From assembly GCA_033549025.1 (NCBI GenBank), contig JAWSUS010000037.1, positions 1-22,392 on the forward strand: 22,392 nt of DNA, in the 5' to 3' direction. This stretch comes from Desulfuromonadales bacterium (GTDB taxonomy: Bacteria > Desulfobacterota > Desulfuromonadia > Desulfuromonadales > SZUA-540). Below, one piece after another: positions 14,709 to 22,392 of this stretch (position 1 is its first letter; each line of letters starts with the position of its first letter). A program made the translations under genes and the position numbers. The notes beneath the pieces are model-generated. The model was not told the origin of the DNA, made no database searches, and saw nothing but the letters and a program-made list of their open reading frames with translations.

Positions 14709-14789
14709 TGGAAAGCGCTTTCTGGTTGAGGTACCCTGAAGGCAGATTGAAGCTTTTCCATTTCACTCCCTGTTGAGCGAGAGGAACCT

Positions 14790-15599
14790 ATGATGAAAAA
14801 ATCGACCATGCTGGCCACCTCCCTGGCCCTGGTGCTGGGCGTCATTTTTCTGCTGTCCCTCTGGAAGGATCTATTTCCCCCCTCCCCGCCCGAACCGGTG
14901 CGGCAGGCTGTGGTCCATCCCACCCCACCGAGAGCACCTGAGGCGCCAGCCGTTATCCAGCCGGTTCCTGAGCTGCCGGCCCGAAAGGAGGAACCCATTC
15001 AGCCCCTGCCCGCCCTGGACGACAGCGATGCCGCCCTGGCGACGGAACTGCGCGGGCTGGCTCCCGAATCGAGCCCGGAAGACCTGTTCCTTCTTGACCA
15101 CTTTATTCGTCGCCTGGTTCTGCTGGTCGACACCCTCCCCAAGGCGCAACTGGCCACCAACCGGCTGCCCACCCGTCCGGTGGCAGGTTCTTTCCAGGTT
15201 GACGGCGAAGAGGATCAGGCCGTCATCCATCCGGAAAACACCCAGCGCTACGATCCTTTCGTGCGTTTCGTAGAAGGGCTGGACGCCCAAAAAGCCGTCG
15301 CCCTTTACGTGCGTTTCTCCCCCCTGTTCCAACAGGCCTACCGCGACATGGGCTACCCTGACGGCTCTTTCCACGCCCGTCTCATGGAGGTGATCGACCA
15401 TCTGCTGCGAACGCCGACCGTGGAGGAGCCCATCCGGGTGAAACGCCATGTCGTGCGCTACCGTTTTGTCGACCCTGAGCTTGAGGCCCTGTCGGCCGGC
15501 AGGAAGATCCTGCTGCGCATCGGACCGCAAAATGCCCTGAAAGTAAAGAGCAAGCTGAGCGAGATACAGGGGCTCCTGCTGAATCTGCCGCCAGGCTGA
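14790..15599 (+). CDS. Membrane-anchored DUF3014-like protein
   Basis: N-terminal anchor, Pro-rich linker, 'LPALDDSD', 'NTQRYDPFV', 'PLFQQAYRDMGYPD', 'LEALSAGRKILLRIGP'; GAGGA RBS. Confidence 0.8.
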   Translation: MMKKSTMLATSLALVLGVIFLLSLWKDLFPPSPPEPVRQAVVHPTPPRAPEAPAVIQPVPELPARKEEPIQPLPALDDSDAALATELRGLAPESSPEDLFLLDHFIRRLVLLVDTLPKAQLATNRLPTRPVAGSFQVDGEEDQAVIHPENTQRYDPFVRFVEGLDAQKAVALYVRFSPLFQQAYRDMGYPDGSFHARLMEVIDHLLRTPTVEEPIRVKRHVVRYRFVDPELEALSAGRKILLRIGPQNALKVKSKLSEIQGLLLNLPPG

Positions 15600-15607
15600 G
15601 TATTCAG

Positions 15608-15642
15608 CTTAAAAAGGCGATCAAAATGATCGCCTTTTTAAG
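15608..15642. terminator. Bidirectional intrinsic terminator
   Basis: Perfect inverted repeat CTTAAAAAGGCGATCA-aaa-TGATCGCCTTTTTAAG between convergent genes. Confidence 0.9.
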
Positions 15643-15684
15643 TGCCGCCGGACCCGGTTTAAATGGAGGGTTTTCGCCCCTCGG

Positions 15685-16410
15685 TCAATTCAGGCCACAG
15701 CACTTTTTGTATTTTTTGCCGCTGTGACAGGGGCAGGGATCGTTTCGTCCCGGGCGGCCGCCGGAAGTCACCACAAAGGGGATCCCTTCGCCGGCGGCCC
15801 CTTCCTGCTGCCCCATCTGCAGAAAATCGGCGTAGTCCTGCAGGGATTCCACGGCCAGAGCCAACTGTTCCAGCAGTTGCGTCCAGACTTCCCTGATCTC
15901 TTTTTCGTCTTCACTGACCCCTTCGAACAGTTCAGGCAGCTTTTCCGGGTGAGCCACACCGAGAACGATCAGAAGGCAGTTCATGACCGCCTCCCGATCG
16001 TCATCCATCTCCGTCTTTTCCAGAGCTTCCTCCGGCATCCACAGATAGGCTCGCCGCGCCAGCGCCTTGTCGAGTCCGGCCGCCCACTGTTTGACGGCGG
16101 AAAAGTCGTTTTCCTTCTGACTGGCCAGGTCAAAGGGGAAATCCAGCTTTGTCTCTTTACGAAGGGCCTGCAGACGAAGAATCGTTTCGGTCAGGGCAGC
16201 AAAAAGCCGGTCCGATTCGGCCGAATCGGGGAAGGCGGCCAGAGATTCGCCAAAAATATCGGCAAACCACTCACCCGGCTCCGTGCGATCCGGCGTAATC
16301 GCCAGGCCAAAGAGGTAGCCCTCCAATTGGTCGAGGCCCATGGCCTCCTGTGGATTCACGGCGTGGGCCAGCAGGGTTTTAAGGGCCTCTTTTTCACTTT
16401 CAGTCAGCAT
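15685..16410 (-). CDS. yecA: YecA/UPF0149-family protein with C-terminal SEC-C metal-binding motif
   Basis: '[18 protein letters not shown]...PGEW', 'WAAG', C-terminal '[18 protein letters not shown]'. Confidence 0.85.
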   Translation of the reverse strand: MLTESEKEALKTLLAHAVNPQEAMGLDQLEGYLFGLAITPDRTEPGEWFADIFGESLAAFPDSAESDRLFAALTETILRLQALRKETKLDFPFDLASQKENDFSAVKQWAAGLDKALARRAYLWMPEEALEKTEMDDDREAVMNCLLIVLGVAHPEKLPELFEGVSEDEKEIREVWTQLLEQLALAVESLQDYADFLQMGQQEGAAGEGIPFVVTSGGRPGRNDPCPCHSGKKYKKCCGLN

Positions 16411-16446
16411 GAATAACCTATTGAGTTTGGATTGAATTGGGGGATA

Positions 16447-17388
16447 TCAGCGTTTTTGGCCGGACATCCTCTCGCGCATATGTTTTTCCGCCACCTGGCC
16501 GAAATTCGGCGTGAATAGCAGCCGCCCCAGCCACAAAAGCCCCCAGAGAAAAAAGAGCGGCAACAAAATGGTGTTGAGCACAAAAATGACGACAAGCTGA
16601 ATCAATTGATCGAAGATCCCCGTGGTGACCCGTTTGATGGCCTCCAGCCGCTGGCGAAAATCGAGGGCGCTCAGACTCTGTTCGGCGGCCTGGCTCAAGG
16701 CCTGTCGGGTCTTCTCCAGCCACCCGGCAGGCATCTCAGGCGAGGAAACCGCTCCGACGGCCTCGTCAGGAACCGCAGCTTGCAGGACTTCAAGATCGCG
16801 CTTCACCTCATGAATGGTCTCGTCGTACCGCTGTTCCAGCACCGCACTGTAGGCGGCATGGTTGATCCAGGCCATGGCTGGCACACAAAAGCGGACCAGC
16901 AGCACCACCAGCAGCAGGGCTTTGCCCAGCCGGGCAAAGTTGGCGGCAAAACGCCCCGGAGACCAGAGAGACGCCAGGAAAAAAACCAGGGAACCGACCA
17001 GAAGAACCTGAATACTCAGCCAGGGGCTGATCTCGACAAGGACCTTCTGAATGCCGAGAGACGCCAGGCAAGCCAACATCACCCAGGAAAAACGCTCCAC
17101 CAGATCGTTGAGCGGATCCAGGGCCTGCCCCAGAGCCAGGGTGACGCCGACGCCGGCCGGCTGCACCATCAGCTCGCTTTCCTGCACCACGGAAATGACC
17201 GCGTTGATGGCGCGGGCGATGACGTAACTCCCACCGGCCCGAACGAGCGCCTCGTCTACATAGGTAAGGGCGGCGGTATCGATGGACCTGAACAGTGCAT
17301 TGCCGTACAGCACTCCGCGCGGAGCGGGGAGCAGAGAAAAAAGGAGAAAGACGACGAGGACGCCGCTCAACAGGAGTTTTTTACGCAT
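16447..17388 (-). CDS. Hypothetical integral membrane protein
   Basis: Likely start ATG 17388 (MRKKLLLSG..., GGGG RBS); 313 aa, several TM helices, 'ARAINAVISVVQES...GQALDPLNDLVERFSWVML'. The ORF-track extension to 17679 overlaps the next gene. Confidence 0.75.
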   Translation of the reverse strand: MRKKLLLSGVLVVFLLFSLLPAPRGVLYGNALFRSIDTAALTYVDEALVRAGGSYVIARAINAVISVVQESELMVQPAGVGVTLALGQALDPLNDLVERFSWVMLACLASLGIQKVLVEISPWLSIQVLLVGSLVFFLASLWSPGRFAANFARLGKALLLVVLLVRFCVPAMAWINHAAYSAVLEQRYDETIHEVKRDLEVLQAAVPDEAVGAVSSPEMPAGWLEKTRQALSQAAEQSLSALDFRQRLEAIKRVTTGIFDQLIQLVVIFVLNTILLPLFFLWGLLWLGRLLFTPNFGQVAEKHMRERMSGQKR

Positions 17389-17426
17389 GATCCCCACTGC
17401 CGACAAACAGATCTCTTCAAACAGCC

Positions 17427-17618
17427 TTACCCGAGGGACTTTTCGAGGGCCTGATAGAAATAGATGCTGCTGATGATGGTGACAACACATATGGATGTGG
17501 AAAACAGACTGATCCCCACCATCACCAGGGCCACTTTGCGGTGACGCGCCCGCCAGCTCAACCAGGCCAGAATGCTGCAGAGAATGGCCAGAGGAATCAG
17601 AAGCATCAGAAAGAGCAT
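17427..17618 (-). CDS. Small two-TM hypothetical protein (63 aa)
   Basis: ATG 17618 preceded by GGGGAGG; two hydrophobic segments separated by a basic loop (RARHRK); fits between the flanking genes. Confidence 0.6.
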   Translation of the reverse strand: MLFLMLLIPLAILCSILAWLSWRARHRKVALVMVGISLFSTSICVVTIISSIYFYQALEKSLG

Positions 17619-17712
17619 GAAAAAGGAACCTCCCCAAGAAACTTGGGGGACGATAGCACAGAGCCATTTTCCCTGGCAACCCCTGCCCTGCCCGCTATCT
17701 TCCGTTCGGTTT

Positions 17713-19590
17713 CTAAAAAAACTCCCGCAGGCTCTCGTCGATCCCCATGAGCGTCTCGTACCAGAACTCCCGGGCCGTTTCCACCTTGTCCGTTTCAAAC
17801 CGCTGCAGCCACGCCTCCAGACGCGGATCGGTCTCGCCATCAATACTCTTTTTGCGCACCAGGAAGGTATGCAGGTAATCGATGTTGCGCTGCGACTCCC
17901 AGAAGATGGGACTGTTGCGGCTGTTGAGGCGACTGGCCAGCACGGAGACGGCGCGCAGGTAGGCTTCTTTGCAGTCGTAGAGCGACCCCATGACCTCGGG
18001 CAGCATCTCTTCAGCCCAGCCCCGGTGAAAACGGCAGGTGCCGAGATTGTCGAGGAGGAGTTCCTGTTTCATGCGCTCGGCGCACAGGCGCCCCAGAGTC
18101 CGCGGCGGGATAAAGTCGTAGCTGTAGATCATGTAGTATTTGCCCATGATGGCCATGGGCGCCAGCACCCCGGCCACCCAGTACTGGTTGGGCACCATCC
18201 AGCCCCGGCGATTGAAGGCGACATGGACCAGACTGTCATGAAGCTTGATCCCCTTCCGGCGTGAATGCAGACGACTCCACTTGCGCACCCCTTCGCGAAA
18301 GTCGAGGATCCCCCGCCGCGCCAGAATGGCGTCGATAAGATCGCAGCCAAGGGTTGCGTTGTGCAGGGAATCGGCCACCACGTCGAACTCAGGCCAGGCC
18401 CAGCGGGGTTTGTTCTTCACACCGAGTTCGGCTGGCGTCAAGACCCCCTGATCGAGCAGATCCATCAGCCAGGCCAGCACGCCGCCGCCGGAAATAGCGT
18501 CGAATCCCATGGCGTCGCAATGGCGGTTGAGCTTTTCCGCCGCCCGTTGATCAAAAATCCCGCAGAGGGGCCCCAGGGTCTGGTAAGGTTCGTAATCCTT
18601 CTTATATTGGCCGTTCAGCTTCTTGCAGACGGCGACACAGGGCTCGCCGCAGGTGGCCTGCTGCTTTTGATGGATGGTCTCTTCATTGAACTGCAGCAGA
18701 TAGTGGTTCAGGATCAGATTTTCATGCAGAGCCAGCCGTTCTTCTTCGCTCCAGAAGATGGTGCGGTAGTTGAAGGCCAGAATCCGCCCCCCCATGCCGG
18801 CATAGTTGACCCCGAAGGTGCCGCCTGTCTGCAGTTTTTCGTCGTACCGATATTTGGTGGTGACTTCCAGATCCTTCTGCATCAGGTGCAGGTCGTACTT
18901 GTTGCGGAACCACTCGTCGACCACCTTGCGGTCGCGAAAATCCTCGTTGACCGAAGTCCCTCCGTAAATAATGGCCACGATGCCGTGCTGCTGCACCATG
19001 GCGCTGCCGAAACCGCCGCGCCCGGCCCAGGTGTCGACGTGGCTGATCTTCCCCTTGTTGATGGGGACGGACATGATGCCGCCCATGTCCGTGGAGGCGG
19101 CCGCCGGACCGGCAACCAGAATGCGCGGATCCTTTTCGTAGCGATGGCCGAACATCTCATAGACCCGATCGGTCATGGCGTACACGCCCTGGCGGCCAGA
19201 CTGCCAGATCGCCGTCGCCTCCACTGGAACCACCTCGACCTCGATCTCTTCGCCATGATTGCGGTTGAGAAAAAGTACCGAGGGGACCGGAGCCTTGCCC
19301 ACGAGGCTGAGCATGTTGATGCCCAGATTATCGAAAACGAGTCCGGCGCCCCCCATGGAACTGATGTAAACTCCCTGCCAGCAGGGAGAATGTCCGGTCA
19401 CCAGCAGGCGGTTGGAACCGGGAAAGATGGAACCGGCGAAGAGGCCGACGCCAAAGTTGAGACTGCGGTATTCCTCGGCCATATGGATGCCGAGATCGAC
19501 CGGCCCGAAATAGCGGTCGAATCCATACTTTTTCAGGCGATAGAAACCGCTGGCCGCATCGACCAGCAGAACACGCTGGAACTGAGTCAT
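17713..19590 (-). CDS. Tungsten/molybdopterin oxidoreductase of the AOR family, GAPOR-like (glyceraldehyde-3-phosphate:ferredoxin oxidoreductase type)
   Basis: AOR-family motifs 'SSMGG', 'GPAA', 'AGRGGFG', 'DAMGFD', 'DNLGTCRF'; GAPOR-like blocks 'TKYRY...TGGTFG.NY', 'CGEPCVAVCKK', 'YEPY..LGP', 'CRFHRGW'; GAGGTG RBS. Confidence 0.85.
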   Translation of the reverse strand: MTQFQRVLLVDAASGFYRLKKYGFDRYFGPVDLGIHMAEEYRSLNFGVGLFAGSIFPGSNRLLVTGHSPCWQGVYISSMGGAGLVFDNLGINMLSLVGKAPVPSVLFLNRNHGEEIEVEVVPVEATAIWQSGRQGVYAMTDRVYEMFGHRYEKDPRILVAGPAAASTDMGGIMSVPINKGKISHVDTWAGRGGFGSAMVQQHGIVAIIYGGTSVNEDFRDRKVVDEWFRNKYDLHLMQKDLEVTTKYRYDEKLQTGGTFGVNYAGMGGRILAFNYRTIFWSEEERLALHENLILNHYLLQFNEETIHQKQQATCGEPCVAVCKKLNGQYKKDYEPYQTLGPLCGIFDQRAAEKLNRHCDAMGFDAISGGGVLAWLMDLLDQGVLTPAELGVKNKPRWAWPEFDVVADSLHNATLGCDLIDAILARRGILDFREGVRKWSRLHSRRKGIKLHDSLVHVAFNRRGWMVPNQYWVAGVLAPMAIMGKYYMIYSYDFIPPRTLGRLCAERMKQELLLDNLGTCRFHRGWAEEMLPEVMGSLYDCKEAYLRAVSVLASRLNSRNSPIFWESQRNIDYLHTFLVRKKSIDGETDPRLEAWLQRFETDKVETAREFWYETLMGIDESLREFF

Positions 19591-19776
19591 TGGACACCTC
19601 GAGGTGAAATAGTCGCGTCGTGGGCTTGCCCAGACAATATTCTATCCCCTCACAAAGAAATAACCAGTGCACGTTTCAGATCAGGCGCGGTAGCCAAAGG
19701 CCAAAGAAGGCATTATCCTGTTGAGATAGAGGGTCCGTTGCCATTTCGATTTTTTCCACCACAAGGATTTTTTCTC

Positions 19777-21114
19777 ATGATACGCCTAAAGCCATTTTCC
19801 ACACCCATCCTGCTGTTGGTTCTGCTGCTGGCGGGATGCCAGCCCAACCTCTCCCAGCGCAGCATCCGGGACTTGGCCTTGTTGCCCCAAAGCCCTCTCG
19901 CCTACCTGCGGGACGACGATAAAGAGCGGCACCTGCTCACTAAAGAGAGACAACAGGAGATGGCGGCAGAATTTCTGGAGCAGCATTATCGGCCCTGGCA
20001 GGCAGAAGAGGAACGCATCGGCGGCAGCCACCCCTTCTGGGCCATCGACTGGATCCGGGTGGAGGATGTTTTCGCCGCCAACCTTAAGCTTCTTGACGCA
20101 GAGCGCCGGGACAAGCTCATACGTCAGGCCGACGCCGGACGGTATCCCAGCCTGGATCGGCGCGCCGTCACCCTGCGGCGAACAGATGTGCGGGCTCTGC
20201 CAACCCAATCCCCCCTGTTCAACGATCCGAACTGGGCCGGCCAGGGCTTTCCCTTCGACCTGTTGCAGCATGGCGTGCTGCCTGGTGGCACCCCTTTGCG
20301 GGTCACCCATCAGAGCCTTGACGGCGGTTGGGCATTGGTGGAAACGGCCCTGCTCTACGGCTGGATTCCCCTCAGCCAACTGGCCTGGGTCGATATTCCC
20401 CCCGGTCAGATGACCGCTTCAGCCAGGCATGTCGTTTTCACCCGGGATGACGTCGCCCTGAAGGACCCCGATGGAGACTACCTTTTCAGCGCCAACATCG
20501 GTACGGTCCTGCCCGTAAGCGACAGCACCCCGACAGGCGATACCGTGCTCGTACCCGTGGCCGACCCCACCCGGCAGGCTCAGTGGATTGAAGTCAGAAT
20601 TCCCCACGACCAGGCCGAGCCCTTCCCTCTGGTGCTGACCCCACTCAACCTGGCCAGTCTGGCTGAACGCTTCATGGGGCAACCCTATGGCTGGGGGGAC
20701 AGCTACGAAGGCCGCGACTGTTCGGGAACCATCCGCGACCTCTTTGCCCCCTTCGGCCTCTGGTTGCCACGCAACTCCGCCGATCAAGCCCAGGTAGGCC
20801 AAGTCATTCCCCTGGCAGAACAGGCGCCCAAAGAACGTGAGAGGATTATCCTCTCCGAAGGTATCCCCTTCCTGACTTTGATTCAGCTGCCCGGTCACAT
20901 CATGCTCTACCTCGGCGACTACAAAGGGCGCCCCGCCCTGCTGCACACTTTTTGGGGCGTGCGCACAAAAACCTTAACGGGTAAGGAAAATCGCTGGATT
21001 GTCGGCAAAACCGTGATCACCACCCTGCAGCCTGGGGTCGAGGAAAACGGTCTTTTCTTGAAAATAGGCAGGCTTCGCGACAGGGTTGTAAAGATGAATG
21101 TGGTGCTTGACTGA
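19777..21114 (+). CDS. NlpC/P60 (C40) peptidoglycan peptidase lipoprotein with SH3-like domains
   Basis: Start ATG 19777 with lipobox 'LLAGC'; catalytic domain 'GQPYGWG...RDCSG...WLPRNSADQ...GHIMLY...H'; 445 aa. Confidence 0.9.
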   Translation: MIRLKPFSTPILLLVLLLAGCQPNLSQRSIRDLALLPQSPLAYLRDDDKERHLLTKERQQEMAAEFLEQHYRPWQAEEERIGGSHPFWAIDWIRVEDVFAANLKLLDAERRDKLIRQADAGRYPSLDRRAVTLRRTDVRALPTQSPLFNDPNWAGQGFPFDLLQHGVLPGGTPLRVTHQSLDGGWALVETALLYGWIPLSQLAWVDIPPGQMTASARHVVFTRDDVALKDPDGDYLFSANIGTVLPVSDSTPTGDTVLVPVADPTRQAQWIEVRIPHDQAEPFPLVLTPLNLASLAERFMGQPYGWGDSYEGRDCSGTIRDLFAPFGLWLPRNSADQAQVGQVIPLAEQAPKERERIILSEGIPFLTLIQLPGHIMLYLGDYKGRPALLHTFWGVRTKTLTGKENRWIVGKTVITTLQPGVEENGLFLKIGRLRDRVVKMNVVLD

Positions 21115-21141
21115 GAAAGTTCCTCAAAACTCCCAGAATGT

Positions 21142-21171
21142 AAAAAAGGACGGCCCATTACGGTGCCGTCC
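21142..21171 (-). terminator. Intrinsic terminator (minus strand)
   Basis: GGACGGC-10 nt-GCCGTCC followed by TTTTTT on the minus strand. Confidence 0.75.
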
Positions 21172-21354
21172 CCCGACGCCCGAAAGCGTCTTTAATGATT
21201 TTCCACATTCCCACTGAGGTTGCCTTTGGCGTTTCAGATTGGCAAGACCTTCTCTGAACTTTTCGAAACCTAACTTACGTTTCGCAGAATTTCTTTGAAG
21301 TCCATGTGGATTTCCATGTTCTGTTCAGACGACCGGCTGGGATTGTATCAACAT

Positions 21355-21591
21355 TTAGTAAATTAATGATTTACCTTCGATTTCTTTTTTCCTTCTAAAA
21401 TACTCATCCTCAGAAATCCGTCCGGCTTTGTAGTCATCCTCGAGATCTCCTAAGGCTTTTTTGTTGGAGTACTCGTAGGCCGCGCCGGCAGCGCCAGCTC
21501 CCAGTGCGGCACCACCGACAACGCCTCGGCTACACCCACCAGTGACCGCCAGCAGTGCGCTCAATAAAACTATCGCTAATAGTCGATGCAT
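21355..21591 (-). CDS. Small lipoprotein with glycine zipper and SHOCT-like C-terminus
   Basis: Signal peptide ending TGGC, 'GVVGGAALGAGAAG', 'YKAGRISEDEYFRRKKEI'; AAGGGGG RBS. Confidence 0.8.
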   Translation of the reverse strand: MHRLLAIVLLSALLAVTGGCSRGVVGGAALGAGAAGAAYEYSNKKALGDLEDDYKAGRISEDEYFRRKKEIEGKSLIY

Positions 21592-21690
21592 AATTAACCC
21601 CCTTTCCTTATTTCCTGAGTCTGATCTTTTTTAAACGGCCGCAACCAAGGCGATAACAAAGAAAATCACAGCCCAACTCAACTTGCTCGA

Positions 21691-22350
21691 TGAGCTCGGT
21701 CCGCTATAGTGGAAATCAAGTATTGGTCAGGCGGCATTTTGCTGCCTGATGAATTTCTTCCAGTATGCCGCCGGAGAGAGAATACCCCGGTTGGCATGTC
21801 GTCCCTGTCGGTTGTAGAACATCTCAAGGTACTCGCTAATCTCGGCGACAGCCTGCTTACGGGTGCCATACTTCCGGTGGTGAACCATTTCCCTCTTGAG
21901 GGTACCGAGGAAACTCTCCATTGGCGCGTTGTCCCAGCGTTTCGCCTTGCGGCTCATCGACGGCTGCATCTTGGTTTGTTTCATCAGCTTCTAGTAGTGT
22001 CCTGAACAATACTGGCTGCCGCGATCTGAATGGTGAATCAGCTCTTCCGGCGGCCGTCGGGTCCTTTTTAGGATTTCCTTCTCCAACTGAGCTTCGGCCA
22101 ACTCTTTGCGCAGTCTGGAAACCTCGGCTTCCAACTCGGACACGTTATGACTGCCGTGGGTCTTCAACCCGCTGGTGTTATGCTTCTTGATCCCGTTGCG
22201 CAGCGTCTGCTGCGAAACACTTAATCTCCGCCCAACCTCGGCCAACGTCAGACCGTCATCAACAACCAGACTGACGGCTTCCTCCTTGAACTCGAATCTA
22301 AAGCGAAATATTCTCTTTATCAAAGCACACCGTAAAACCCGGTCAGTTCA
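21691..22350 (-). mobile_element. IS3-family insertion sequence remnant, internally deleted
   Basis: Candidate termini TGAACTGACC... (22350, minus strand) and TGAGCTCGGTCC... (21691, plus strand) fit the IS3 TG...CA rule; contains orfA and the 3' part of orfB; only 660 bp. Confidence 0.8.
21727..22323 (-). pseudogene. IS3 transposase pseudogene (orfA fused to truncated orfB, internal TAG)
   Basis: OrfA HTH 'EFKEEAVSLV...EVGRRLSVSQQTLRN' and zipper 'EVSRLRKELAEAQLEKEILK' joined to orfB 'HHSDRGSQY'; in-frame TAG at 21993-21991, then 'SMSRKA..WDNAPMESF...YNRQGRH'. Confidence 0.9.
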
Positions 22351-22392
22351 CGGCCGGGATATAAGGTGCCGGGCCGTTTAGGTCCGTTGGTT

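Noticed and set aside
17389..17679. N-terminal extension of the 410-aa ORF
   Set aside because: Low-complexity His/Ser-rich translation overlapping the better-supported 63-aa gene; the downstream ATG 17388 has an RBS and a signal-like N-terminus.
18265..19776. N-terminal 504 aa of the 949-aa ORF (apparent large fusion)
   Set aside because: Mostly antisense to the oxidoreductase gene; the real NlpC/P60 gene starts at 19777 with a lipoprotein signal.

Overview
GC-rich bacterial chromosome segment, probably Desulfuromonadales (inferred from the pgsA-slt-nadB-chorismate mutase gene order). Left part (1-10182, minus strand): the start of a Wzy-dependent, group 1-like capsule/EPS locus directly downstream of tRNA-Gly(GCC), reading wzi, wza, wzc, PHP tyrosine phosphatase, GxxExxY protein, UDP-HexNAc dehydrogenase, ParD-like/ParE toxin-antitoxin pair, and an AT-rich Wzx flippase. 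The non-polysaccharide passenger genes are bracketed by structured repeats. The TA pair lies between two ~60-bp hairpin-forming direct repeats 700 bp apart. The GxxExxY gene is followed by a ~100-bp palindrome of CGCAGAT-type heptamers, one arm of which recurs after wzc. This cassette-like layout, with no recombinase in the window, is the main candidate for an undescribed system. Middle part: pgsA, lytic transglycosylase, nadB with a structured leader, chorismate mutase plus a stand-alone DAHP-synthase regulatory domain, hemolysin III, DUF3014-like protein, YecA-like protein and two membrane proteins. Right part: a W/Mo oxidoreductase resembling archaeal GAPOR, an NlpC/P60 lipoprotein, a small glycine-zipper lipoprotein and an internally deleted IS3-family remnant. 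All family assignments come from motif recognition by eye; no searches were run.
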